From: Batkoa obscura
Taxonomy: Eukaryota
Reading direction: 5' to 3'
NCBI GenBank assembly: GCA_030770535.1
Contig: JASVEC010000010.1
Coordinates: 682,001-746,000, forward strand
DNA length: 64,000 nt
Position numbers and translations under genes: made by a program. The notes under the pieces are model-generated. The model was not told the origin of the DNA, did no database searches, and saw only the letters and a list, made by a program, of their open reading frames with translations. Of this stretch, positions 16,581 to 28,432 are shown piece by piece (positions within the stretch are counted from its first letter, which is position 1; each line of letters opens with the position of its first letter).

Positions 16581-17390
16581 TTACATAAGAGTCACATAAA
16601 TAGTGGACCCTTGACCCGCCGAAACTATACATGATTGGCTACTTCCACCTTGTCCAACACTGCAAGAAGAGGAGCTACAGCTTGAGCCTTCACAAGAAAT
16701 TTGAATAGTATAGCCTTTAGTTGAGAACCCAACTTCTTTAAATAATGGATTGGTAGTAGCTGAAGCAAAAGTAACTCCATTTTCATCTTGATTAGCACCC
16801 ATTACATAAGGGGCCCAATTACCAACGGGTTTACTACTATCACCCCAACGACATTCATCTTGACCAGATCCTGGAAGATTGAGATAATAATGTGCAGAAG
16901 TTTTTTGCCAATAAGTAGAAGGAGGTACAGCGATAGTACTTTGGCCGCCTGATCCTACTACTGTAGAAATAAGCATAGCTTCATTACCAGGGAATACTGT
17001 TTGACAAGCGGAAACGGAACCAGATAATTTATTAACTAATTTAACGGTACCAGCACCTTGAGAACATAATGGTCGATTTGGAAATGGTTTTTCAAGCTGT
17101 CCTTTACCATTACAAAATAATCCACCATTCATAGTAGCACATTTGGCCCCATCTGTACACCCTACACTTGGATCCCATTGGTTCATTACCATACCTGGTT
17201 TACATGAATAAGGGCACCATTTTCCAGGGGTACAAGTTTGATCTGGACTCATAGCCCATCCACCATTAGCTTGATTTGGAGTTATAGCAACAATGGAATC
17301 ATCATCGGGTAATACACAACTACTGGCTACACCAGTATAGGCAGAAAAAATAGAATTGACATTTAATAAGATTAAAATTGAAAACTTCAT
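16581..17390 (-). CDS. Secreted SUN-domain (beta-glucosidase-like, GH132) protein
   Basis: Signal peptide; NGGWA, CPYSCKPG...NQW, GGLFC, PGNEAM, AHYYLN, GNWAPY are SUN-family motifs. Confidence 0.9.
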   Translation of the reverse strand: MKFSILILLNVNSIFSAYTGVASSCVLPDDDSIVAITPNQANGGWAMSPDQTCTPGKWCPYSCKPGMVMNQWDPSVGCTDGAKCATMNGGLFCNGKGQLEKPFPNRPLCSQGAGTVKLVNKLSGSVSACQTVFPGNEAMLISTVVGSGGQSTIAVPPSTYWQKTSAHYYLNLPGSGQDECRWGDSSKPVGNWAPYVMGANQDENGVTFASATTNPLFKEVGFSTKGYTIQISCEGSSCSSSSCSVGQGGSSQSCIVSAGQGSTIYVTLM

Positions 17391-19116
17391 TTTGTTATTA
17401 AAGATTTAGGACTTAAGAAATGGTGTATATTACGGATTTATATTAAATAGTCTAATGTATCTAACTTTAGTTATATAGGAGTATACTTTTGTGTTATAAA
17501 TTGATATAATCCTATAATATTTTTATTACATTGAATGAAAATCAAGTTTATATATACTTATTTTTCGAGTATAACTAAATAGCGTATTCTGATTAAATCT
17601 TCTATTCTCGTTGATTGATACGTCCACTGTTAATTAAAAATAAACATAAATTAATTTCCAAGCTTACTTTTGGGGAAGTGGTATGTGGTTCGATAACAAC
17701 ATAGACTATAATATCGGATAGCTTTCTTTTTTGCCCATTCTTTATTTGCGTTAAACCACTTTTTGTAACTTTTTTCTTAATTTATGCATTTTTAATCCCA
17801 GCGAATAGGGGTGTTGTTAGTTAGACTAATAGTATAATAGGAATTTGATAATCAATAGGTTTTAAAGAAATAATACAATTAAATTGCATCTTACTAAATA
17901 TATTGAATCCAATTACTTTTTAATTGATAAAAATACTGCTTTTATGCGTATAATCTTATTAGTAGATAAAAAAAGTTGGCTAATATTCTTATATAAAAGA
18001 ATTAAATAATAAGCAGAATAGATCTCCTTTTAAATTCAAGTTGCTATAATACGTTCGTAAGTGCTGGCTTAGAAGTGGTTTCATAATGCATAATATCATC
18101 AAAATTATGGTTTATTTAGAAGTCATGTTAGTTTGGTCATACTGATTATCATGGAGGATGTCCCATTTGCGGTAAAAACTAATAACCAAAGTTCTAGACT
18201 CCTAAAAGGTGAATAAAACTATATTTCCTTGATATACTCTTATTTGCATAGAGAATACTACCATTCAACCGAATTATGATATTAACATTACACTTAATTA
18301 TCAAAATAAATCGATTTTGAACTAAGAATAATATTATCTATTTAAAATTTAAAACATATACTTTTTTTAATAACGTATTGTAAATTACTTTTGGTATTCT
18401 TTTAGGACCTAATGAACAAAGAATATTAATTTTTAAAGATTGAAATTTTTGGGTAAATCTTGTAGTTGAAATCTTGTTTATTAAATGATTCATTCCATAT
18501 AAAAAATTTGGACTTATTACAAGTTAAATTGGCCCAATCTATTTTAAATAGTATATTTTTTATGTACATAATAGTACTATTGACTGTATAATATCTCTTA
18601 AAAAGTGGGTTGATTATTAGTAGCTAATTAAAATTGCTAAACATTATTATTTTTTACCTTTATATTTTTTTTGTTTTTGTTTTGAAGAGATTTGAAATTT
18701 TGCAGTTTGTTTAGTCTAAATTTAAATTCCCAAAATTTATCCCAAAATTTATTTTTCTCATTCCAATTTTATCTATTTTTATATAAGTAAAATTTAAAAT
18801 ATTAATAAAAATCGAATATTGAAACAAAACAAAAATAAAAATAAAAATAAAAATAAGGATCGTTGAAAAAAAAATATTTTTTTTTAAAATCAAAAATTTA
18901 TAAATTTAATAACTACTTTATTTTTTTTACTGCTCTAGTTTTACCCTTTCCTCTCATACTTTGAATTATATATTACTTAGATTACTAATTCACACATTCG
19001 AAATGACAAGTTGTAAAAGTAATTATAAAATTTTAACAAAATGAAAAATGAGGAATTGAAAATGAAATACAAAAATAAAAAAGGTAAATTTTATTAATAA
19101 AAAAGGTATGATGACA

Positions 19117-20238
19117 TTAGGGAAACAGTAACTTAACATTACCATTCTCATTTTGAATCTTAATATTATTATTGCTATTATTATCATTACCTAAAATCCC
19201 AGACTGAGACTTTTCCTCTTTTTTTGTATAGTAAGGAAGATTATTATTGCTATCTATTTCAATAGAACCAAACCAAGTGCCAATATCAAACTTAGTATTA
19301 AACGTGGATTTGAAGGATACTTTACATTCTCCAAAGCCGCCTGCAATATTATATTTTAAATCTTTAATATCATTATTCAACTTATCAATCTCAACGTTCA
19401 CATTTCCATGAGTGTTAGTTATATCTGCATTCAAAAAATTCCCATTAAGGATTTCTATTTTACCAAAACTATTATCTAATAAAATTGTGTCACTTTTTGT
19501 ATTATGGATAGATACATCACCGTGTTGAGACCCAATAGTAATTTTATCAGCAGTTAACTTTTGGATTTTAGATTCCCCAAAGTTAACCTTAGCATTGAAA
19601 GTATCAACCTTGATATCATTTATTTCCAGGTCAGAGTGATTGACATCTAAATCTACCTTTTTAACATTGTTATTTGCTAATTTTAGATCACCAAATCCTG
19701 TATCAATCTTAAACTGATTAAAATCTAATTTACCACGTATATCTAAATTGACATTTGTTCTATAAACATCCATAATTAACTTATCGTAGAAATCAAGGTT
19801 ATTTGGTATTTTGATAACAACATCAGCTTTATAGCAGCTTGGGTCATTTGCATTGCTATTTCCATCACTAATTGTAAATTGATAGCCATCGTTTTTATAT
19901 TCTGAATTGGCCTTTAATTCGCTTGTCTCAAAATTAGTGCTAACAAAAAATTGTTTATCAATAACAATCAAACTTGAATTATGACGTTCAAACCTAATGG
20001 AACTTTGGGAGCTGTAACCGCCTAACTTGACAATCAATGATTTGTAAGACTTTGGATCAAACTCATATTTTCCATCTGAGGCATACGGTTTTGTTGCTGA
20101 GCAGTTATATATTCCTTCAACTCTAATCACCTTAAGTCCAACCAATGCTCCAATAACTCCAGCAAATATTAGTATAGCAATCAAAACTATCCAGCATATT
20201 TTTTTACATAAATAACTTGGTATACTTAATAAACCCAT
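19117..20238 (-). CDS. Type II membrane protein with DUF4097 / adhesin-like beta-solenoid repeats
   Basis: N-terminal TM helix, then ~20-aa repeats of the form I-x-T/S-x-F/H-G-D/N-V-x-I. Confidence 0.7.
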   Translation of the reverse strand: MGLLSIPSYLCKKICWIVLIAILIFAGVIGALVGLKVIRVEGIYNCSATKPYASDGKYEFDPKSYKSLIVKLGGYSSQSSIRFERHNSSLIVIDKQFFVSTNFETSELKANSEYKNDGYQFTISDGNSNANDPSCYKADVVIKIPNNLDFYDKLIMDVYRTNVNLDIRGKLDFNQFKIDTGFGDLKLANNNVKKVDLDVNHSDLEINDIKVDTFNAKVNFGESKIQKLTADKITIGSQHGDVSIHNTKSDTILLDNSFGKIEILNGNFLNADITNTHGNVNVEIDKLNNDIKDLKYNIAGGFGECKVSFKSTFNTKFDIGTWFGSIEIDSNNNLPYYTKKEEKSQSGILGNDNNSNNNIKIQNENGNVKLLFP

Positions 20239-20516
20239 GTCGAAACTATTTTTTATATCATTTTTTTTGTTTTTATTTCATTTATATACTATTATTTTAA
20301 GGCTATTGAAGACACTTTCATTATTCTAAGATAAAGCTGTAGCTTTATTTTTTATGTATGTTACCTAATAAGGTAGCTACAATCTATAGTATTAATATAA
20401 AGGTTGGTATGTGCCCTATGAATTTATTATTGGTATTTCTTGGCCCTGAGAAAAAAATAGTAAACTCCCCTGTATTAGGTTATTCACTTTTTTTGTGCTT
20501 TATTGAGTTTCTATAT

Positions 20517-20615
20517 GGGGGTGTTTTTTTTGGCTTCATCATTTTTTCCATCTTTTAAGCGCCATTTGAGCGGGAAAATTATTGGCAAAATTCTTAAGCA
20601 CAGAAATACATCCCC
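20517..20615 (-). mobile_element. GGGG-MITE copy, well preserved
   Basis: ATAT-GGGG...CCCC-ATAT. Confidence 0.9.
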
Positions 20616-21583
20616 ATATTATTCAGCTATTACCCAAACTATTGGGGTTGGAATATTAATGACTATTCTTGTAAAAAATTATACCTTATAGATAAGCTAC
20701 AGAAGTATACTTCTATATTTGGATTTTATTAAGTTAGCTGTATTATCTTTTAAAATAGAACTTATTTCTCAATCTTATAAAACCTTGTGCTTAATCACAA
20801 ATAAGTTCTGCTATTTTCTAAATTACAAACTTAAGGTTAAAACAATTCGAAGCCAAGATCCAATACTCAAGAAAATTAAAAATAAAAATTGGCAAGAAAA
20901 ATATAATTTATTCTTCACTTGAGAAAATTTTATGTAGATAATTATCCGCTCAATCTTTTAATGACTTTTCTTCTTTGCTTTCATAAATTATCGAAACTAT
21001 CTCTTCAATTTTCAAGAACTCTTTTATTCTTAACTCACAACTACAGATTTTTTCTTCCTCTGATTAGTAAATAAGCGTCACTAAATTTATTTGAAAAAAA
21101 TGACAAGAGTGAATAACGTTATATGAACTTAGTTGTAATTAAAGTCTAAAATCTCTTTACCAATAATAAGCTAAAGTATCAAATTATTATTAAAATTAGA
21201 TCAGCTAATATCAAATTTAAAAACCTTATCCCTATAGTTTATTTGTACATTTTAATATTTCGTGATTATTGTTTTTTTACAGCATGTATGAATTTTTAAT
21301 AAATAGCTCAAAGTTGTTTATAATAGCAATAATCATAATTTAATGTTAAAACAACAAAGCATTGTAATGAGTAGTAGTGCAAACTATAAAGCAAAAATAG
21401 GTAAATGTTTATTATAAATAACTTTGGAAAATAATAGCTATAATAGTGTATGGAATTAATAACGCATGAATTTTTCACATAGAATTAGGTTTAAAAATGA
21501 AATACTAATGTAATATAAATAAGTTTTATTTTAATAAAGATAAGTATTAGTTGATAATAAGTAATAGGAAGAAAGGCTAATAA

Positions 21584-22105
21584 TTAAAGACCAAGTCCTA
21601 CACCGGCTCCAAGGCCTAATCCTAATCCTTTCCTGCCCCCTAATCCTAATCCTACTCCAGCTCCCAATCCCAATCCTAAACCATTATTGCTAGACCCATA
21701 ACCAGAACCCGATGGTCCAGATCCATGACTAGATGATCCTGAGCCATAGACAGCTGAACCAGAGCCTGAAGTTCCATAATTCGATGATGAACTTGATACA
21801 TAGCTTGATGACGAGCTAGATCCATAACCAGATGCATGTCCATTACCTCCTAAACCTAAACCTAAACCTAAACCTAGTCCAAGGCCTGAGTTTGATCCAT
21901 GACCAGATGAGCCTGAACCTGAGCCTGAGCCTGAACCATAGCCGGATGATCCAGATCCAGATCCAGATGCATGTCCATTACCTCCTAAACCTAAGCCTAA
22001 GCCTAAGCCTACTCCTAATCCAAGACCTTCAGCTTCACGTTTAACTAAAGTAGGAGCAGCAGTGATAAAAGAGAGGATAGTAAGACTAATGATAAATTTG
22101 TTCAT
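21584..22105 (-). CDS. Secreted Gly-rich (GL)n repeat protein 1 with Kex2 site
   Basis: Signal peptide [16 protein letters not shown], pro-piece APTLVKR-EAE, alternating GLGL blocks and Gly/Ser spacers; TATA box upstream. Confidence 0.9.
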   Translation of the reverse strand: MNKFIISLTILSFITAAPTLVKREAEGLGLGVGLGLGLGLGGNGHASGSGSGSSGYGSGSGSGSGSSGHGSNSGLGLGLGLGLGLGGNGHASGYGSSSSSSYVSSSSSNYGTSGSGSAVYGSGSSSHGSGPSGSGYGSSNNGLGLGLGAGVGLGLGGRKGLGLGLGAGVGLGL

Positions 22106-23067
22106 TTTTGATTATATTATAGTATATTATTATATGGTATTAAATAAAAGTTATTATTTTTTTGATATCTATTTCAATAATTTTTTTTAAGTATTTATAC
22201 TACCGTTTTTCAATGTTTCTAAATTAAAATTAAAAATTGCTAGTAAAACCCCAAAGTTCAAATGTGAATTTTGGTGTGTTCAAGTATTTCTCCATCTTTT
22301 AGCTTAATTATAATTCATTTGCTTTTCGTTTTGTATTTTAAAACTAGTCACTTAATTATTTAAATTATAGATTTTCTATAACTAATAAAATACAATAAAT
22401 TGTTTTGTTTGATTGATGCTATAGTAGCTCCTATCATGTTCATTTTATGTAAAGTGTCTAATCAATTGGTGCTTATAATGTTTTAATATTAATTTGTGAA
22501 ATTTTTATTTATTTAGCATAATGACTCATACTTTGTAAATTTAGCTGAAGCATCTTATAATGTCTTGGATACTTAAAAAAAAAAAGAAAAAAAATACAAC
22601 TTTCATACCCATAATAAATATGCTATTATTATTTTGAAATAAATGAGTTTTTATCTTTTTAATGATATTACCTTTCAGTTAAAGCTGCAGAGCTAATAAC
22701 TGTAATGGTCATAACCTTAAATTTTAATCTTTAAATTCTAAATAACTTTTATAATCTAACATTGAATGAATCGTTAGAGCATATAAGTAGAACTATTAAT
22801 AAAGACATTTAACGACATTGTTTTTAAGATAGTTAGATTAATTTTTAAAATTCTCCCATCTGAAGTAAAATTAAATCAGAATTGATCAAAATATACAAAT
22901 CTTAATTATAGCAAATTTGTACAATCAAATAAAACACTTATAATGAGAACAAGCTTAAGGTATAATTATGAAGACAAGCTTTGTATGTAAAACACAGTTG
23001 GGTTTATTTTGTCTATATGTAACCTTCAGTCAATACTTTATAAGAAATTGTCCAAGATGTTTAACAT

Positions 23068-23165
23068 GGGGATGTATTTTTGTATATGAGAATTTTACTA
23101 ACAATTTTTCCACTCAAATAATACTTAAAAGATGGAAAAAATAATGAAGCCAAAAAAACATCCCC
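23068..23165 (+). mobile_element. GGGG-MITE copy, first unit of a head-to-tail dimer
   Basis: Full length; separated from the next copy by a single ATAT (23166-23169). Confidence 0.9.
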
Positions 23166-23169
23166 ATAT

Positions 23170-23267
23170 GGGGATGTATTTTTGTGTTTAAGAGTTTTGC
23201 TAATAAACTTCTGCTCAAATAGTGGTTAAAAGATGTAAAAAGTAATGAAGCCAAAAAAAACACTCCC
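23170..23267 (+). mobile_element. GGGG-MITE copy, second unit of the dimer
   Basis: Full length, ATAT flanks. Confidence 0.9.
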
Positions 23268-23711
23268 ATATGTTGATTGACATTACTCAGTATCAAAAGC
23301 AAAAATCAAACATGCTATATAAAGCTCATAAAAAACAACATAGAAGGATAATTCTTCTAAATTGATACTTTTAATATCAAGAAAGCAAGAAAAGAAATAC
23401 ATAAAGTATAATCCACCAGTTGATTTTTAGCTGAGAGTTGTATTTTAAGTGATTACTTTTGTTAAAAATAAATAAACAATATTAGTTTTAAATGTTACCA
23501 TTCTGGATTTAACCCCCTTGAGGCCTAAATTAGATAAAGCTTGACCTAATAGCCATTCCTTTAAAAAAACTTTGAGAATGTTATGCACCCGTTTTGCGGC
23601 TAATGATTTTTGGTCCATTTTTACGGCTATTGCAAGTCTTTTGCAGCCTAACAAACCGTTTATTTAAGAATAAATTTAGCTAAAGTTAAGCTGAACTATT
23701 CTAAAACTTAA

Positions 23712-23946
23712 CCCATTAAGCGCACGTGGCGCATGTTTACATCACGACGATTGTCCAATTTTGCTAACTATATCGTATAAATATGTATAAAAAAAGATAG
23801 CTTTAGACAATTGTACAGAGTCAAAGCTTTTATTACAAACAATATAAAACTTGGAACCTGTGAAATTATATAAACTATCTATTAAAACGAAATTTAGTGT
23901 CAGAAAAATTGACACTTTTCGATTAGGGAAAGTGGCGCTTAGTAGA
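23712..23946. mobile_element. Candidate degenerate piggyBac-type MITE
   Basis: TTAA-CCCATTAAGCGC at left, GCGCTTAGTAGA-CTAA at right (imperfect inverted repeat, transition mismatches); GC-richer than flanks. Confidence 0.35.
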
Positions 23947-24395
23947 CTAAAGACTGAACGATAAAAAACCAACTCAACAAATATTCAAATCTAAACAGTA
24001 TTGCTAACTAAGTCGTAATAGAGCTGCAAAAGCTTTATTACGAGAGTTTTAGCAGAATTATGTTTATGGTCAAAAAGCTTAAACAACCCATTAAATAAAT
24101 TGGCTAAACACCAACTTCACTAGTAGTTGCTTAATTAAGAACTAAAATCTTGTGCACGAAATAGACAAAATTTAAATTTATCCCTAGAAACTGGAGACAA
24201 ACTCATTACTCCAAATTCACATTCAAACTTTTGGGTGCATTTTATTTGATATATTAGATTAAATACCAAATTTATAATTAAACTGTATCGCTTAAAAATC
24301 CTATAAATACTTAAAAAAAATTATTGAAATAGATATCAAAAAAATAATAACTTTTATTTAATATCATATAATAATATACTATAATATAATCAAAA

Positions 24396-24968
24396 ATGAA
24401 CAAATTTATCATTAGTCTTACTATCCTCTCTTTTATCACTGCTGCTCCTACTTTAGTTAAACGTGAAGCTGAAGGTCTTGGATTAGGAGTAGGCTTAGGC
24501 TTAGGCTTAGGTTTAGGAGGTAATGGACATGCATCTGGATCTGGATCTGGATCATCCGGCTATGGTTCAGGCTCAGGCTCAGGTTCAGGCTCATCTGGTC
24601 ATGGATCAAACTCAGGCCTTGGACTAGGTTTAGGTTTAGGTTTAGGTTTAGGAGGTAATGGATATGCATCTGGATCTGGATCTGGATCTGGATCATCCGG
24701 CCATGGTTCAGGGTCTGAAGCATCAGGATATGGCTCATCTGGTCATGGATCAAACTCAGGCCTTGGACTAGGTTTAGGTTTAGGTTTAGGTTTAGGAGGT
24801 AATGGACATGCATCTGGTTATGGATCATCAGGATCAGGATCTTCAGGTTATGGCTCAGGATCAGGTCGTGGCGGTCTTGACTTAGGCTTAGGCTTGGGAG
24901 CTGGTGTAGGTATTGGAAAAGGAGGCCTTGGATTAGGCCTTGGGGCCGGTGTAGGACTTGACCTTTAA
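24396..24968 (+). CDS. Secreted Gly-rich (GL)n repeat protein 2 with Kex2 site
   Basis: Same signal peptide and KR-EAE as protein 1; four GL-type blocks; TATAAATA at 24303. Confidence 0.9.
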   Translation: MNKFIISLTILSFITAAPTLVKREAEGLGLGVGLGLGLGLGGNGHASGSGSGSSGYGSGSGSGSGSSGHGSNSGLGLGLGLGLGLGGNGYASGSGSGSGSSGHGSGSEASGYGSSGHGSNSGLGLGLGLGLGLGGNGHASGYGSSGSGSSGYGSGSGRGGLDLGLGLGAGVGIGKGGLGLGLGAGVGLDL

Positions 24969-25946
24969 TTATTATTATTCAAAACATCATTAATCTTCAA
25001 TTAATAAGTATCTTAAATTTACTAAAATAAAACAAAATATATTTTACATCATTTATTATTTCCTGCTTTTAAATATACCAATTATCTTTATACATTGAGA
25101 TCTAAAATATATGTTTATCCATATGAAAGCTGCTAAAACTATGAAAATGTTTATCAAGTTTTTATTTTTGGTTGTTTCATCATTTTTTATCTTAGAATCT
25201 AGCTTTTACGGATCTAAGAGTTCTTTAGTTTTTTAATATTCATTAGTCATATATTCATTTTTCATTTCTGTCTTTCTGAACCTTAAAAATATTTTATGTC
25301 GTATTTTCAATAGAAAATCCTAATTTTTATTTGTATTTTACTAATCTTTACCTTTTCATTTTTTTCAAATATACCTATTACGAAGAAGTAAATAGTGACT
25401 TTATCTCAAATAAAAAAAATACTTACAAATATACAGAGTAAATAGATAGACCATAACTACTATTAATAAAGATTAAGAACTTCGCCCTCGCCAGTCAGAT
25501 GCCTTTTCTGATTTTAGCTTCTCAACATTTTAAAAAAAGTACATTTGGACTTTTATCACAAGCGTACTGTTAGCTAAGTAATAAAAATAGGGAGTTTATT
25601 TTTAACCCGTATTTTTGAAGCTACTTCTTATATATGACATTTTCCATGAAACAGTATGATTTTGAAAAAACTATTTTCATCTGTTTTCAGTACTCAATAT
25701 CTAATAACTAAGCTTACTTAAAGACTTGTTAATATTTTTCTAATATATCCAGTTTTCTAAAGTATCAAGTTTTACTTTACCGGGTTTTTAGTTCATTACT
25801 AATGGTTAAATAAAGATATACTAAAAGTGATTAAGTACAAAAGCAGTGAATTAAAAAGTGAAAAAACATTAGGGAATTTCTAATACATAAAAACAAAATT
25901 TTAAAATTCATATAAAACAAAGTTTTAGAAATTAAAAATATTATAT

Positions 25947-26045
25947 AGTGATGTTTTTTTGATTTCATCACTTTTTCCATTTCTTAAGCGCTATTTGAGT
26001 AGAAAAATTATTAATAAAATTCTCAAACACAAAATATATATCCCC
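25947..26045 (-). mobile_element. GGGG-MITE copy
   Basis: ATAT flanks, consensus interior. Confidence 0.85.
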
Positions 26046-26384
26046 ATATTTCTAAAATGAGTAGTTTTCTGAAATTATGCAATTTTTTGCATGAAATCTA
26101 TTTTTTCGATAGGTAGCTAAAAAAGGCTAATTTTAAACTATGAGAAATAAAAGGTTAGTGTACTAAACTTTAGCTAAAAGGCTGGAAGCAAAACAATATT
26201 CATTACTCCAAATTCACATTCGAACTCTGGGGTTTTATAAGCAATATTTAATTTAGTTCTATTTTTATAATAAACATTGAAAAGCGGTAGTATAAATACT
26301 CAAAAAAAATTATTGAAATAGATATCAAAAAAATAATAACTTTTATTTAATATCATATAATAATATACTATAATATAATCAAAA

Positions 26385-26990
26385 ATGAACAAATTTATCA
26401 TTAGTCTTACTATCCTCTCTTTTATCACTGCTGCTCCTACTTTAGTTAAACGTGAAGCTGAAGGTCTTGGATTAGGAGTAGGCTTAGGCTTAGGCTTAGG
26501 TTTAGGAGGTAATGGACATGCATCTGGATCTGGATCTGGATCATCCGGCTATGGTTCAGGCTCAGGTTCAGGTTCAGGTTCAGGCTCATCTGGTCATGGA
26601 TCAAACTCAGGCCTTGGACTAGGTTTAGGTTTAGGTTTAGGTTTAGGAGGTAATGGATATGCATCTGGATCTGGATCTGGAGCATCCGGCCATGGTTCAG
26701 GGTCTGGAGCATCAGGATATGGCTCATCTGGTCATGGATCAAACTCAGGCCTTGGACTAGGAGTAGGTTTAGGTTTAGGTTTAGGTTTAGGAGGTAATGG
26801 ACATGTATCTGGCTCTGGATCATCTGGTTATGGATCATCAGGATCAGGTTACAGATCAGGATCTTCAGGCTATGGCTCAGGATCAGGTCATGGTGGTCTT
26901 GACTTAGGCTTAGGCTTGGGAGCTGGTGTAGGTATTGGAAAAGGTGGTGTTGGATTGGGTGTTGGAGCTGGTCTAGGGCTTGGCCTTTAA
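26385..26990 (+). CDS. Secreted Gly-rich (GL)n repeat protein 3 with Kex2 site
   Basis: Tandem paralogue of protein 2; TATAAATA at 26291. Confidence 0.9.
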   Translation: MNKFIISLTILSFITAAPTLVKREAEGLGLGVGLGLGLGLGGNGHASGSGSGSSGYGSGSGSGSGSGSSGHGSNSGLGLGLGLGLGLGGNGYASGSGSGASGHGSGSGASGYGSSGHGSNSGLGLGVGLGLGLGLGGNGHVSGSGSSGYGSSGSGYRSGSSGYGSGSGHGGLDLGLGLGAGVGIGKGGVGLGVGAGLGLGL

Positions 26991-27161
26991 TTATTACTAT
27001 TCAAATCAACAATAATCTTTAACTAATCTTTATCTTAAATTCACTAAAACAAAACAAAAAATATTTTGAAAGATTATACATTTTACACTTTTTGTATCTA
27101 CTATATGATTTATTATCAATACTAATTATTCGAATAATATAAATTTCAAGTGCTAGTATTT

Positions 27162-27260
27162 GGGGATGTATTTTTGTGTTTAAGAGTTTTACTAACAAAT
27201 TTTCCGCTTAAATAGTGCTTAAAAGATGGAAGAAATAATGAAGTCAAAAAAAACACTCCC
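27162..27260 (+). mobile_element. GGGG-MITE copy with ATTT target duplication
   Basis: ATTT at 27158-27161 and 27261-27264. Confidence 0.9.
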
Positions 27261-28432
27261 ATTTATTAAATATATATTCAGCTATTTTTGAGTGTTAATA
27301 CTTTCAGCATATTTTTATTTCTACTTTGAAAGTATCATCCTTATTACTTTTGAATCCCTATCGCTTTTGTTATAATCCTTTAAGCCATAGTTTATAATAT
27401 CAAAGCCAAGGAATATAGAGTTTTAAAGTCCTTTAAAATTGAGAACTTAATAGAAGCATGATTAAATTTGACAATCTGTTTTTCATATCAGATAAAATAG
27501 TATATCACCCATTTTTAGGAACGAAGTCAACTGTATATTAATTATGTTACATTAAATTATAAATAAATTAATGTTTTGTAATGCTTTGCGCTCTTTTTAT
27601 ATTATTTCAAACATCTATCTATATAATAATTTTATTATCTTAAAACATTTCTAGTTAAATTCAGCTCAGAATTATTTGTGCTTTGTGCTTTGTAAGATTG
27701 TTATAATACCTAAATGATCAGATATACATATTATGATAATTCTTATCAGCTATATCATAAAATTGGGATTTTTATAAAACAGTAGCTTCTTAAACTTTTA
27801 TTTTATTTTTTAATAAACCCCAGACTAAAAGTTTTAAACTACATAATACGTTTAACAGAACCAGGTACTTGACTGTATTTTCTTTTATCTTATATTATTA
27901 AGCCTTAATTGTTTTAGTGATTTTTACGAGGTCTATAGCAGCTTCGCAGGTCTCCTTAATTATCACTTTCTCTTTGCACAGTTGTCAATGCTTTAGATTG
28001 AAAAACCTCCACTTTTAGTAACCAAACGGTGCAACTTCTTGTCTATTGCTTTCTGAAAAAGTAGGACTATATTGAAATTTTACATACTTCCCAGAACAAC
28101 CTTATTATTAAAACAATCCAGAAATGCTAACCTATTTTACTTCTCCCAGGCACAATAATTAAAGCACTTGAAATTGTTTAGACATTAAGTAATTACAGTA
28201 GGCATATGGCCTAAAGCATTGAGATAATGTGTTATAATACTATAAATTCTAAGATATAAAGTTAATTTAAGCTAAATTTGTAATGTGTTACAATAAAAAA
28301 ATGATTTTGGCACTTAAGTGTAGAATTTGAATAGTTTTTACAATAAAGTTGAAGGCATTTTATTATAAATAAGATAGTTGATTGAATTGTGATTGAGTAA
28401 AATCAAAGTCCAATCTTAGCACCTAAATTAGT

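Noticed and set aside
20358..20691. Short ORFs resembling MGVFFLAS (also 23114, 37704, 44998, 63598)
   Set aside because: Translations of MITE copies, not a protein family.
27850..28215. GC-richer stretch with TVKYLV on the minus strand, reminiscent of reverse-transcriptase KYLG
   Set aside because: Single imperfect motif among stops; cannot be supported without a search.
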